A model generated the notes under the pieces. That model was not told the origin of the DNA, made no database searches, and was given only the letters and a program-made list of their open reading frames with translations. A DNA stretch of 63,783 nucleotides, filler included, from Bipalium vagum (taxonomy: Eukaryota), in the NCBI GenBank assembly GCA_037834085.1. It is 3 parts of 3 records of this genome, joined end to end, with 100 filler letters (N's around TTAATTAATTAA, not from the genome) between each part and the next. Parts side by side here need not be neighbours in the genome. Positions count along the whole stretch, not along the records: positions 48,062 to 63,783 come from JBBMKC010149827.1; 2 more parts are not named here. One strand, 5' to 3'. The position numbers were made by a program, and so were the translations under genes. The stretch's first letter is position 1; each line of letters opens with the position of its first letter. Below are positions 52,278 to 63,783 of this stretch, one piece after another.

Positions 52278-55200
52278 ATGGAAAATATGAACTTATTCAT
52301 ATACAAAATAATGAAAAAAATGAAATCGACTATAAATCTGCTGTTTCTTATTTTACTAATAAGCGAAGGTTAGATTTTTATAAATGAAACTCAGAATTCC
52401 AGTTATTTATTTATTAATTAAGCTGTTTACTGTAATGAAGTATACGTTAAAGTTGGTGAGGTAATCAAGATGTGCTGTAGTTTAAAATTCGATAAAGGTT
52501 TAATGAATTAACTAAACTATTAAAAATAATAAACAATTTTTTCAGCAAACGGTTTGGTTATTGAAGCAAAATCAATTAGGTTGAAAATTCTATACAACGA
52601 TAAAGTTAGCGAAGTGGAAATGATGGAATTCGTTCAGAAATATCCCCAATTCAGTGATATATCAGTGGACTTGATAGACACAAGCTTTTGTTTAACAAAA
52701 CCAAATGCAATGTTTATCCATGATAATTTTAATATTCAGTGCAAAGAAATTAAGAATGGTGTCTCGACAACTTTGGATAAAGAGGAAATAACGTTACGAG
52801 TTTATGGTAACTTTAATGTTAACATAAAAGAAAATATAAAAATCTATTAATAATTTCAAGAGGAATTAAAGTTTCTAAATATAATGCCCCTCTCAATCAA
52901 TGCTTCAAAAGGTTCGAATGCATCGCTTTCATGTGAGGCTTCAGGAGGACCGGATCTCAAGGTTTTATGGCGAAAAGAAGTGAGAGAACCTTATCTTAAA
53001 ATAACGATTATCGATTTCACAAATTTTTAAAATTCTTATTGATTTTTTTCACTAATGTCGATTTTCTTTAAATCTATCCCGATTCTCTACCGCTCTCTCT
53101 CCCTCTATGTTACCCTCTCTTTTTCTTCCTTTCTCCGGTATTTTGATTTGATCGATGCGAAACCAAAATTTTCCTGACTCCCTCCCGCTCCCGCGTGTCG
53201 AAACGGCATTGACAAAAGAACGCACCAGGCAGAGACGGAAAGGAGAGAGAGAGAACGAGGGCTGCAATGGTCCGAGAAAGGTAGAGATTTGGCAGATGAC
53301 TTGTTATTGGGACTGGCGCGCGCCGTGAACCGTACATGTCTGTGTGTCGGTGTGTGTTAGTGTGTGTGTGTCTACGGCCAGAAGAGCTCCCTGAGAATTC
53401 TGAATGTTTTTTTCGCTTCTGCATCCAGAAAAAAACAATTTTTGAGCGGTCGCTCAATGCGTTCTGCGATTTTAGGACGACGAACTCTATCGATTTAAGA
53501 GCACTGTCCTGCAGCGTTTGTGTGTGCCTGATTTTCGTTTTGTTCTCCAAAATTGGCACGGAGTTCGGAACTGACGGGGTGATAAGATATAATGATGAAA
53601 AAAATTTTGAAATTTTTTTCGTGTTTATTGAATTTTTCTGTGTTTCGCTTTTTATCGTCTTCGACCGTCAACGGACACTTTTTTGTGATTTTCCGCTTTA
53701 TCAAATCACCACCATCACCGTTACCGTTATCGATCAGCTTCACTATCTGATCATTCCCTTACCGGAGGGAAATGCTGTAAGGATTGAGATTGTACTTTTC
53801 TTTCGCCTTTTGGAAAAAATGGAGACGCTGATTGGGAATTTTTCGGAAAATAGATATTTCGGTTCCGAATGGTTGGGGATTTATTTACCCCTTTCTGTCT
53901 GCTTTCGTCGTAGTTCCATATTTATTTTGTCTTTAATTTTAACGGAAATCAATATTAAAGTAACCGTTGATCTCTGTCTTTGTCGTGTAGAACTCTTCAT
54001 GTCTCTATTTAACATCCCGGTAAACAATAATTTAATAGAACCACGACGAAGTTAGTTAAACGAAGCAGTGGTTTGCGTTCGTTCGTTCAGTAAAAGTTGT
54101 AAACTCGTTATTATTTATTGATTTCTTATTTACTAGCTGGATTCGTTTCCGTTTATCTTTTATTCTGGTTTCTTGTCGCTGTGAATGAGCGACCATTGTC
54201 AAGGAATGTCTGAAACAATTGTTAAACTTTAAAATGGATTTTTCGTGAACGCATCAGTGGAATTACAAAGGTTCTTAGAGAAGAACATCATAAGTTAAAG
54301 TAATGGGGATTAGACTTAATTTTCTAGTCAATATCTATAGGGAATCAAACGGTAAAAAGGGTTGTCAAAAGAGGAAAGTAGAAAGTAGAAAAAAGGAAAA
54401 GAGAACTTACAGGAAGAAAGACGGGTAAGAAGAGAATGAAAAATTGAGGAAAGGTGAAGAGAGAAACAAAAAGAAAGAAAAGAAAAGATAGAACAAGAGA
54501 AAGGTTAATAAATGAGAAAAGAACATAGAGTAAAGATGATAAAGAGATATATGAATAAAGAAAGAGGAAAAAAGAGGGAAAGAAAAGAAGACAGAGAAAA
54601 TGAAAAGTAAAAGAATTACAGATAGAATGAAAAAAGAAAATAAAAATGAAAACTGAGACTGAAACTGTGCATTCAATTGATGACAGAAATTTGGTGCAAA
54701 AAAGGTTATTTCTAAACTTTTAACATTTACAAATGTATAGTGAGAGCAGAAAACCTTCAATCTTCGGCCTTAAGATGATAATGATCAATAAGAAATGTCT
54801 GTTAAAAGGGACAAATAATTGAAGTAAATAATTAGATTTATGGCTACAATGATTAATGGTATTAGAAAATTAGTCAATTTAATTTTTATTGATTTCTAAG
54901 AATTTGAATTTATTTAAAAACTTGAATTTGTATTAATCAATACCAATTCTGGAAATCATTTTTTAAAGATAATTATTAAATCTGAGAGCATAAACTTGTC
55001 TTTATGAGGTCAGAATTTGTTTTACTTTTATATGAGCCATTACCGAATGTTATATGCTTTAGAGGAAAGCCTCTCTTTCCATTTCAACTGTGTGGAAGAC
55101 GTGGTTTTCTAAAGACAATAAATAATAAGAGAAAAATTCCGATAGGGTTTTAAGTTTAAAATGCTAAAGAACTTAAACAACAAGAAAATATTGAAAGATG

Positions 55201-58200
55201 AGGTGAGAAGATAAGAGTGCGGGAAACATTTTAAAGTCATGGAAATAGGTAGAACGGCCACAAATATTAATTCAATTTTTGTTGCCACATTGATCGTGCC
55301 ATAAAATTATTAAAATGAGAGCCACACAATGGGCGCAGCTCCTGAATAATTTATTGAACAAGCCCCGAAAAGTTTTGCTTTTGTTCTCAGCGACAGAAAG
55401 TAATTAAGCGATCTGCGGACAGATAGGTCTAAAAAGATAGATAAAATAATAAGAATGTCAACCACACAACAAAATGTCCACTCTCGTACCCTCCCGGTGT
55501 TGCATTTATGTGTCTTTTAATGCTTTTCAATTACCGTGTTAGAGTTGATAATTCTCACCAGAGCCCATTATTATTGTGGGAAGAAAGAAAAATCAATTCT
55601 TTCCTCCTCATTCCTCATCCTTCATCGTCATCGTCCTCCTCATCAACGGCAGCAGCGACGATTACAACAGAAAAATAATCATCGGCGACGTCGTCATCAG
55701 AACACATTACAACAACAATAATTAAGAAATCTGAGAGAAAAAGACTCGGATATATATATTTTTCCCATCTCATTTCTTAAAACAACAATATATTACACAA
55801 GTATATTACAAAATTACAAAATTGTCACAAAATAATCTGAAGAAATCGAATTGTTTCGTTTTCGTCTGTGTGAGAGAGAAAATGAGGATGACAGGTGTAA
55901 GGGGTTGTGGATTTCATTCATTCTGTGAAACATCATTCGTTTTCTCCCTGTTTGTGATGGAACATAAAAATCAATGAAGTTTGAAATGAGGATATTTCTG
56001 TTTCCTTTTTTCTTCATTAATCCATTCTATTTTTATAAAATTATGCTCTACTCTCTTTTTTTCTGATTTTTAAAACATTGAAAATCCTTCATCATTTATT
56101 TTCATCCAAAAGTAAAGAAAATGAAACATTTTGTAGCCTGGCCTGCTGTCCTTTTTGTGATATGCGTGTGTGGTTTTCTCAATCTTCTTGTGTTGAAAGC
56201 AGAATCCATTTGCTCTTGCTTTTTCCTTTGCAATTTCCCGTGGTCTGTTTTCATCAGTCAATATGCTTTTCTCTCCGTGCTCAATAGAGAAGACGATCCG
56301 AGACTCATTTAGGTGGGTTGGAACTGATATCAATGTCTGATAAAAGCTTATCCAACAGGAAAAACAACTTGAAATAAAATTCTGATTTTCTGTTCGAAAT
56401 TAATTTATTTTTAGTGATTTTCAAATGAATGGAATGGTATTAAACTTAATATTATAGAAAAATCAATATATTTTGTGTTAAAAGGTCTTTCGTGTTTTAT
56501 AATTGCACACTGAAATTACATAGAAAAATTAGAATAAAAAATTAAATAAAAATATATTTATTTAAACCAACAGCTGCACTTTTTATGTCGATAATATTTT
56601 TCCATTCTTTAGTAATTATTCCATCACTGAAAAATTTTGCGGATTTTTATCAAAACATTGTACAAATATTCTTTGCATTTCTGCAAAGAGCTGAATTTTA
56701 CTCCTTTTAAATTAAATTCTAGATTAAATTTTCAGAATCTAAAATGATTAGACCAACACTGTGCTGCTCTCACCAAGGGTGCATCATCTCCAGGACGTTC
56801 ACAAAGTTTTATGTAGCCTTTGTGACATTATTGTCATTAGTACTTAAGAAATGTATAAATCTAAAACAATTCTCAGAGAATATTTTTAAACAAATCTTTT
56901 CCATATTATAACATAAAAAATTATTATTTAATTAAATGTAATATTCAATTTCAATTTTTTTGTAAATTATGAAAAATCATGTACCCCAGCATTATCCACA
57001 GGAGATAATTCATTATTTTCTCAAACTTCGAAGCGGAATTTTCGTGGCTTCTTAATTAAATTATTATTCTGCAAAATGATACACTGCCAACTTAAAAACA
57101 AATGCATCGCGTTTCTAAACTATTTTTTATTAATAATAAATTGCATTTATTATTTTTCCTCAATTTATCATTATTATTATTTTTAATATCGTCGAAATTG
57201 TTTCACTCTTTCTCATAATCTCCAATTTGATGGCAGTTGTCAATCATTTTCTGACAACTTCAACCGTATTAATTCAACCATAGATGAACGGGAACAATTT
57301 CTAAATCGCTCATTTCCATCAATATCACCTTGTTTTTCTAATGTCAGTTTTGTGGGTTCAATAGTGTCCTCTTTTAGACAATTCCACCAAATTATCGTGC
57401 AAATATTTCTCCTTTTCTTTCGTAATTAAATTATCATCTTTGTTATTATAATTTAATTATACTATTTTATTCATTTTATTTAAATTTTTTCATTAATTTA
57501 TTATTTTATAATTTATTTTTTATTATTTTTATGTTAAAATTTTATTTATATCTAACTTTAATTTTAAAATCTTTATTGTATAGATAAAAATTTAACCGAT
57601 CTTTAATTATTTAAATCACTTTTTTATTTAATTACTGCCATAGAAATTGGAATATTAAAACAAATTTTAACCATCACATAACATTTTTTTACAAGAAAAT
57701 ATTTATTCAAAATAAAATTTTAAAATCATTTGCTTTCGCAAATCGTCGTAGCTTTTCTCGAGCATTTAGAATATTTTTATAAGTGTCGTATATTCGTATT
57801 GTTAATTTATAACTATTATGATTAATTAAACAAATAATTCTTTTTTATTTATTTTTATTTATTGATAAAAATTTAACCGATCTTTAATTATTTAAATTAA
57901 TTTTTTATTTAATTACTGCCATAGAAATAGGAATATTAAAACAAATTTTAACCATCACATTATAACAATTCTATACCGTTCATAAATATTTTACCATATC
58001 TAAATTATAATACCGTATTTAAAATAAAATACTTTAAATCATTTTTTAATTATTTTAATTTAAAATTTAATTCTATTATTATTTTATTTTTTTCATTTAT
58101 TAAACCCTCCTCTCCTCATTGGACAATGATTTTAAAATTAAAAATTCCAAACTTAACTTTATTACTGAAAAATTATATATATTGATCGTTTATCCTTGCC

Positions 58201-59840
58201 TGTCATAAACGACTGAACCGGTATGTTCACTAATATTACCAAAGTAAACAACAATTCAGGAAATCTGTTATCCATTTGATCTCTTTAAATAAACATGGAA
58301 TAAAATTGATTAAAATTGAACGACCCGGTCCACATGGATTGGGTAAAATTGAGAAACTTTTTATCAGTATAAAATGTCATTTGTAATAAATTGTGAGATG
58401 AGATGATCTTTCTGAGACGAAAACATTTTCAGGACGAAGGCAAAGTAGCCGAGGGCGAATCTTCTGCCAAACTCGAACTTTTCAATGTCACTCCCGAAAT
58501 GAACCAGGTCAAATATACGTGCGAGGCGTCCAAAAGCATTCCAAAAAACGGACCCATCATAAATCATACCGTGGTCCTCAACGTGCTATGTAATTTGCTA
58601 TGCCTTCTTTTGTGAATTTTGGAAATTTTCTGTTTTTTTCAATTGTTTCAGTTCCACCACAACTCTATGTTGATATATCAGCGATCCACACCGACCTCGG
58701 CATCACAGAAATTGTCAATGTGAGTTTTTCTTTTTTCTTTTTCTTTGTATGAATATTTTCATTTTTTTATTTTTATGTAATATTTTTAAAAAACTAACGG
58801 AAAAATTCTTAAATTTAAATGTGATTTTTTCTCTTCGATCGATAAATAATAATAATAATATTATTATTATAAACAAATTGAATAGAATTAATTTATTAAA
58901 ATTGACAAAACAATTACCGTTAGGTCTAACCAATAATAATTATAATCAATATTAATAGAAATCAGATATTAATTAAATTTATAATGAAAGATAAAATTAA
59001 AATGAAAGTAATATCAATATTCGATAGTTATAATTGTACAATGAAATAATCGGAAATAATAATAGATGATAAATACTATTTGATGACTCTGAGACCCCCT
59101 CCCAACCCTTCCACCAAGTCTGGTCAATCAAAAGAAAACGAACAAAACTAACCATGAGAAGAATCAACGACACCAAGACCTGATCATATTCTCACTGATA
59201 ATAATTAAAATACACTTGAAAATTGATCCGATCATTGATCCAAAAATATCAGTGAATATTTTTAGCGCATATTTGCCACAAAAAACTTTGATCATAAATA
59301 AAATTCAATTTAATTTGGATTGGGTTTAATTTTTATTTTTTAATGATTAATTAAATTACACATCGTTTTATTATTTGAAATATTAGTTTTAAGGGAAAAT
59401 AGGAAAAACGTATTTTTATTCACTCCCCAATAATAATTACAACTCGACAGTCTTAAAAAACAAAGTTAATTAAATATAATTTACTTTTTCACTATGTCTT
59501 CATTTTCAGTCACCTTTTTGAAATCATTAAACGTTTTATTTAAATGATTTCATCTATTCAATTTACTTTCACTTTATACTGTTATTTATACACTCAGTCT
59601 CATCAAAGTAACTTCTCATGATTATTAATTATTATTAATAAAAATCTTATTTCAAATTATTTTTATTATAATTATTGTTATCATTATTATTATTTTACAG
59701 ATGTCAACCATAATTTTATTTGGTTCCAATTTTTATTAATAAATATAATTTATAGAAATCTATAAATTATATTTATTAAAGCCAACACTTGCAATGGTTA
59801 GGGTCAATTATTTAATATTAATAATAAATATTAATAATAA

Positions 59841-59907
<67 letters not shown>

Positions 59908-61389
59908 TAATGATAATAATGAAAAATAATAATAATGCAACTGGTATAAGAGGTGAAAACAAGTTGAAAATAGTGATTTAATATTGGAAAAACTTCTCAT
60001 TTTTGTATAAAATTTGTAATGTAAATAAAGATAAAGTTGATATATTTTGTAACGTGAAAACTTTTCACCCAATTTCAATACAATTTCGATACAAAAACAA
60101 AAATATTTTATTAAGTTTCAAGTGAAAAATATTTTTAGTGCCACAACGATCCGATTATCACACTTATTCCAATTTCACGACGCGGCACCATTTTTAGAAA
60201 AATTCAATTAATAATAATGAAATAATATCCACAAAATCAATTTCACATCAAAATAAATAACACTGATTCAAACACTTACATTTTATTATTTTTATTTTGT
60301 ATTATTACTATTATTAATCAATAATATTAATTTTATAACGAAGATAATTATAATAATAATTATTATAATAATATTCGATTAATAATAGTTCATGGGAAAA
60401 TGTTTATGTGTTCTTTCCATACATGTACAAGAATGGTTACCAAGGAAAATATCAACAATAAATAAAAACAAATAATGCTTACGTTGCGATATCGGATGTG
60501 GCAGCAAAATAAATGTAATGAAAATTAAATTATTGATTGTAATAATAATACTGAGATATTAAATAATAATAATTATTATTATTATTATAAGTTTCTTAGT
60601 TTTCTTTGCATTATACCGAAAAGTATCGCCTACATCCTTTATTCATTGGATTAACCATGTCCCGTATATGTTTCAAATAAATGCTCGCTTTCACATTAAG
60701 GTTCTTTTGTGAGAACAGCTTATTATTAATATTTGAAGGTAATACCCAAAATTTTAAAATTTCACCGAGAACTTCTTCACCAGAGTAGGCTGAGAACATT
60801 TCTCTAATCAACAAAATATTCTTTTCTCTTATAAAAAGATTCTCTTATATGCTTCGTCAATGCAAGTGACGGTCTTTCATTTAAAAGCGCCTTTTCTTTT
60901 AATAGTCTAATTGAAAATGGTGCACAATTCCATCTTTTATTGACTGTGAGACTTAAACAATTTGCTAAAGTCTTCATTTGTCGATCCAGGAAATTATCAT
61001 TTCTTCTTTCTTTGCTTTCTCGAGTCATTGCCGACGGAAGTTAATAATGAGTGTTAGTTTTAAAAAGTTCTGTGACATCTCTTAAGAGAAAAAAGTTTCT
61101 TAAAATTCCAATGAAAGAAAAACAATTGGGAAGGGAGGGAAGACCATATTTATGCTTAGGAAAATAATCAATGATTTTCAGATTACTGTCAAAGGGAATC
61201 CTCGACCAAATTTGGATTGTGCTTTGTTGGACATCAAAGTAGAAAGAAATATGGCCATCTCCAATCCGAGTCCTTTCACCTTTCTTTTCCAAATGGAGAT
61301 TCAGAACGTCACTCAAAAGGACATTGGCGATTATAACTGCGTAGCTAAAAACTCAGAAGGCTCCGTCAGTAAAACAATTTCGATCAGCT
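52278..61389 (+). CDS. Immunoglobulin-superfamily cell-surface protein (IgCAM; lachesin/IgLON/NCAM-like), 3' end not found. Exons 52278-52368, 52423-52497, 52546-52806, 52861-52979, 58433-58589, 58652-58719, 61182-61389
   Basis: Signal-like TINLLFLILLISEAVYC and three Ig folds: VKVGEVIKMCC...; GSNASLSCEASGGPDLKVLWRKE...KYTCEAS; PPQL...VKGNPRP...DIGDYNCVAKNSEG. All splice phases consistent. Confidence 0.85.
54361..54650 (+). repeat. Purine-rich (A/G) low-complexity tract
   Basis: Nearly all A/G on the + strand. Confidence 0.85.
57583..57960 (+). repeat. 97-bp direct repeat pair (57583-57679 and 57864-57960)
   Basis: GATAAAAATTTAACCGATC...CTGCCATAGAAAT.GGAATATT...ACCATCACAT present twice with only a few mismatches. 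Confidence 0.9.
59841..59905. repeat. (AAT)n microsatellite
   Basis: Direct observation. Confidence 0.95.
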
Positions 61390-63710
61390 GTAAGATATAC
61401 CTTTTTTAATAAGAGTATAATATAATAATAATAATATGCTTTTTTTAACAACACATCAATGAAATAAAAAAATAATTATTCCCAAGATAATAGTTTGATA
61501 TTTTCATCACTGTGACCTAAAATTTTGAATATATATCGAATATCAATCAATATAATTTGATGTTTGAAGAAAAACTGGGGTTCTTTTCTTCAGACTGATC
61601 TTTCTTTAATTTCAAATCCGAAACCAGGCCAGGCCTGGTCTTATAGGTAATGAACGATTCAGATTTTGTAAACTGATCTTGCAAGGTTGTGCTAGACAGT
61701 AGAACAACCCTTGGGCGGAAGTGAGAACATTGACTGAAGTGCATTCAATTAGAGTCAACTGGTAAAAATGATTTCAAGAGAAGGCCAAGCGCTTGAATTA
61801 GACATAAATGTGGGTAAATAAAACGAAAAAATCAATTGAGAGCCTTCCCAAAGCCTATTGTTCAACAGTCAAAAAAACCAAACAATGTTTTTCCAATTAT
61901 AAAAAGTGTTTGGACATTAAAAATAATCAATTAATCGATAACGATTTCATGCGGAGGTCGTCAACAGGCCTCATCAAAATCGATGGAGTTCATTTCATTG
62001 ATTTTTTGAATAAATATATTTGTAATATTTAAACAAAATATTTTAAAGTATCACCACAATATTTCATTAGACATATTTATAATGATCTTTATATTATAAG
62101 TATTACTTTTTAATATCGAAATAATTATTATTTTATATTTATTTATACATAAATTTTACTAATAGATTAATTGAATAAATAATTAAAAATTGTGAATATT
62201 TATTTTATGTTATTCTTACGGCAAAAATAAAGGAATTAATTTGCCAATGACCTTTGCAAAGGATTTTATTCAATTAAAAAATTAAAGTTGTTTAATGATA
62301 ATTAATTAATGAAAAAGTAATTATTTTTTATTTAAACATTTAATTAAAAAGTAATATAAGGAAAATTTAAATCATTTTCGAACGAATTTTTTGTATAATT
62401 TGAAAGAAACAAAACAAGGCGAAATTCGATTGGTCTATTTTCACTGATAATTTTTTATTTCTTTGTCACTATAATAAACTTTAAATAAATGAATAATATT
62501 GAGACTAATAATAAATTCTGATGCTAAAAAGTACTGTGAAAAACAATAAAATTCTGTTGCGGCTGTCAGCCTCGTCGACTATTTTCCCGGGAACATTTTC
62601 ATGAGATTTTTCTGCTTATTTATATTTATGTACTTTTGCTCTTTGGGGATTTATCGATCAACTTTTCCCAAGCTCAGGCCTCGAATACCATGTCAATGGT
62701 GATATGCGTTCATAGGCTTCATAAAAATATCAATTTTTCATTGTTATCAATTTACAATGGTCTTGAGGGAGGGAGGTACCAATGCTGCGTTAGAAGTGTG
62801 AATCGATCTGAAGAGGTCTTTGACTCAAGTCAACTGGTACTTCCATGAAGCGAAATGATTACAATTATTAGTGGGAAAAGGAGGCCAAGGCAAATCGAGC
62901 TGTGAAAAGGACTTTTAGTATCTAATAAAAATATTTATTGATCGGAAACAAATAATAAATATTAAGACTTTCATTTTGACCATGGTTGGAATTGATAAAA
63001 TGAAAGAAGGGGATTTTGAAGATCGTTATAAAAATTAAAATGGGTCAGTTTTCTCACTCAAAATCTTTTTCAGTAATTAAAAAAATAAATCAATCAGAGA
63101 AAATTATTTTTTGTCGATAAAAGTGTCAAAAACTGTTTTCCCTAACTTCTAAAAAATAAGTTGGGGTTATGGACGGTCATAAATCGTAGGTGTTGGCTAC
63201 GCACTCATTTGGACGGGGACGCTGAAGACTTTGAGGACCGTTTTGTTTGGTTGAATATTTTAATAAAGCGTTTATTGATTCGGCCTCTGTAGTGATGAAA
63301 ATCGCTGAGCGTGAGGCAGAGAGGGCCTTGTATTTTCCGCGAAATAATCAATTCTATCAAATTCAAACAAGCTCGGGAAACGGGGCGAGAGGAAAACGTA
63401 TCATTATTAATTAGATTAAAAAATTAAGGTCAGATAAAGTGAAATGTCAGTTTTAACTTTCAGTTTCATTTCCCGACTTGCGGAATTCTCTGGCAAATCT
63501 GGGGGATCATGCAGCGAAGACTGTCTTCAATTAATCAATGTTTTAGAAATGTTCATTTTCAATGAATAATCAATATATTGAAAAATCAATAAATAATTCA
63601 ATGTGTAATTTATAATTATAAATGATAATTAAAATAAAATAATAATAGCATTAATGATAAAATAAGCACATGATAACGGTAAATATTAACAATTTTCAGA
63701 CTAATTTTTA

Positions 63711-63718
63711 TAATAATG

Positions 63719-63783
<65 letters not shown>
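63711..63783. repeat. (AAT)n microsatellite at window end
   Basis: Direct observation. Confidence 0.97.

Noticed and set aside
53388-53450. TCCCTGAGA, the lin-4/miR-125 5' end
   Set aside because: The rest of the mature sequence does not match, and the seed part has no complementary arm, so there is no proper pre-miRNA hairpin
53336-54055. 239-aa ORF and overlapping antisense ORFs
   Set aside because: Translation is driven by GT/T-rich low complexity (VCVC, FF runs), has no domain, and lies within an intron
59818-60078. Poly-Tyr ORF (similar ORFs at 28171-28356 and 54407-54760)
   Set aside because: Translation of (TAT)n microsatellite or pyrimidine tracts

Overview
This is very AT-rich eukaryotic (animal) genomic DNA with spliceosomal GT-AG introns, many only 38-60 nt. 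Composition, (AAT)n microsatellites and gene content are compatible with a flatworm such as a planarian, but that is an inference. Two artificial 100-nt linkers (44N-TTAATTAATTAA-44N at 27311-27410 and 47962-48061) split the window into three segments whose true adjacency is unproven. Hand-spliced genes: a follistatin-family gene with only two FS modules (-); MFSD11/UNC-93-like transporter spread over 23.7 kb (-); a small orphan spliced ORF head-to-head with it (+); the 3' part of RSPH3 (+); HINT1 (-); a divergent ankyrin-repeat/C-terminal RING (Mind-bomb-like tail) E3 ligase with one repeat per phase-0 exon (-); and the 5' part of a multi-Ig cell-surface gene (+). Large introns are packed with dead transposons: DD41D and DD34D mariner, Tc1/Tc3, pogo, Chapaev-like, Gypsy relics, putative solo LTRs and one clear nested insertion. 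I see no CRISPR, rRNA or tRNA, and no convincing wholly new biological system. The best leads are the gene architectures and regulatory arrangements under findings.
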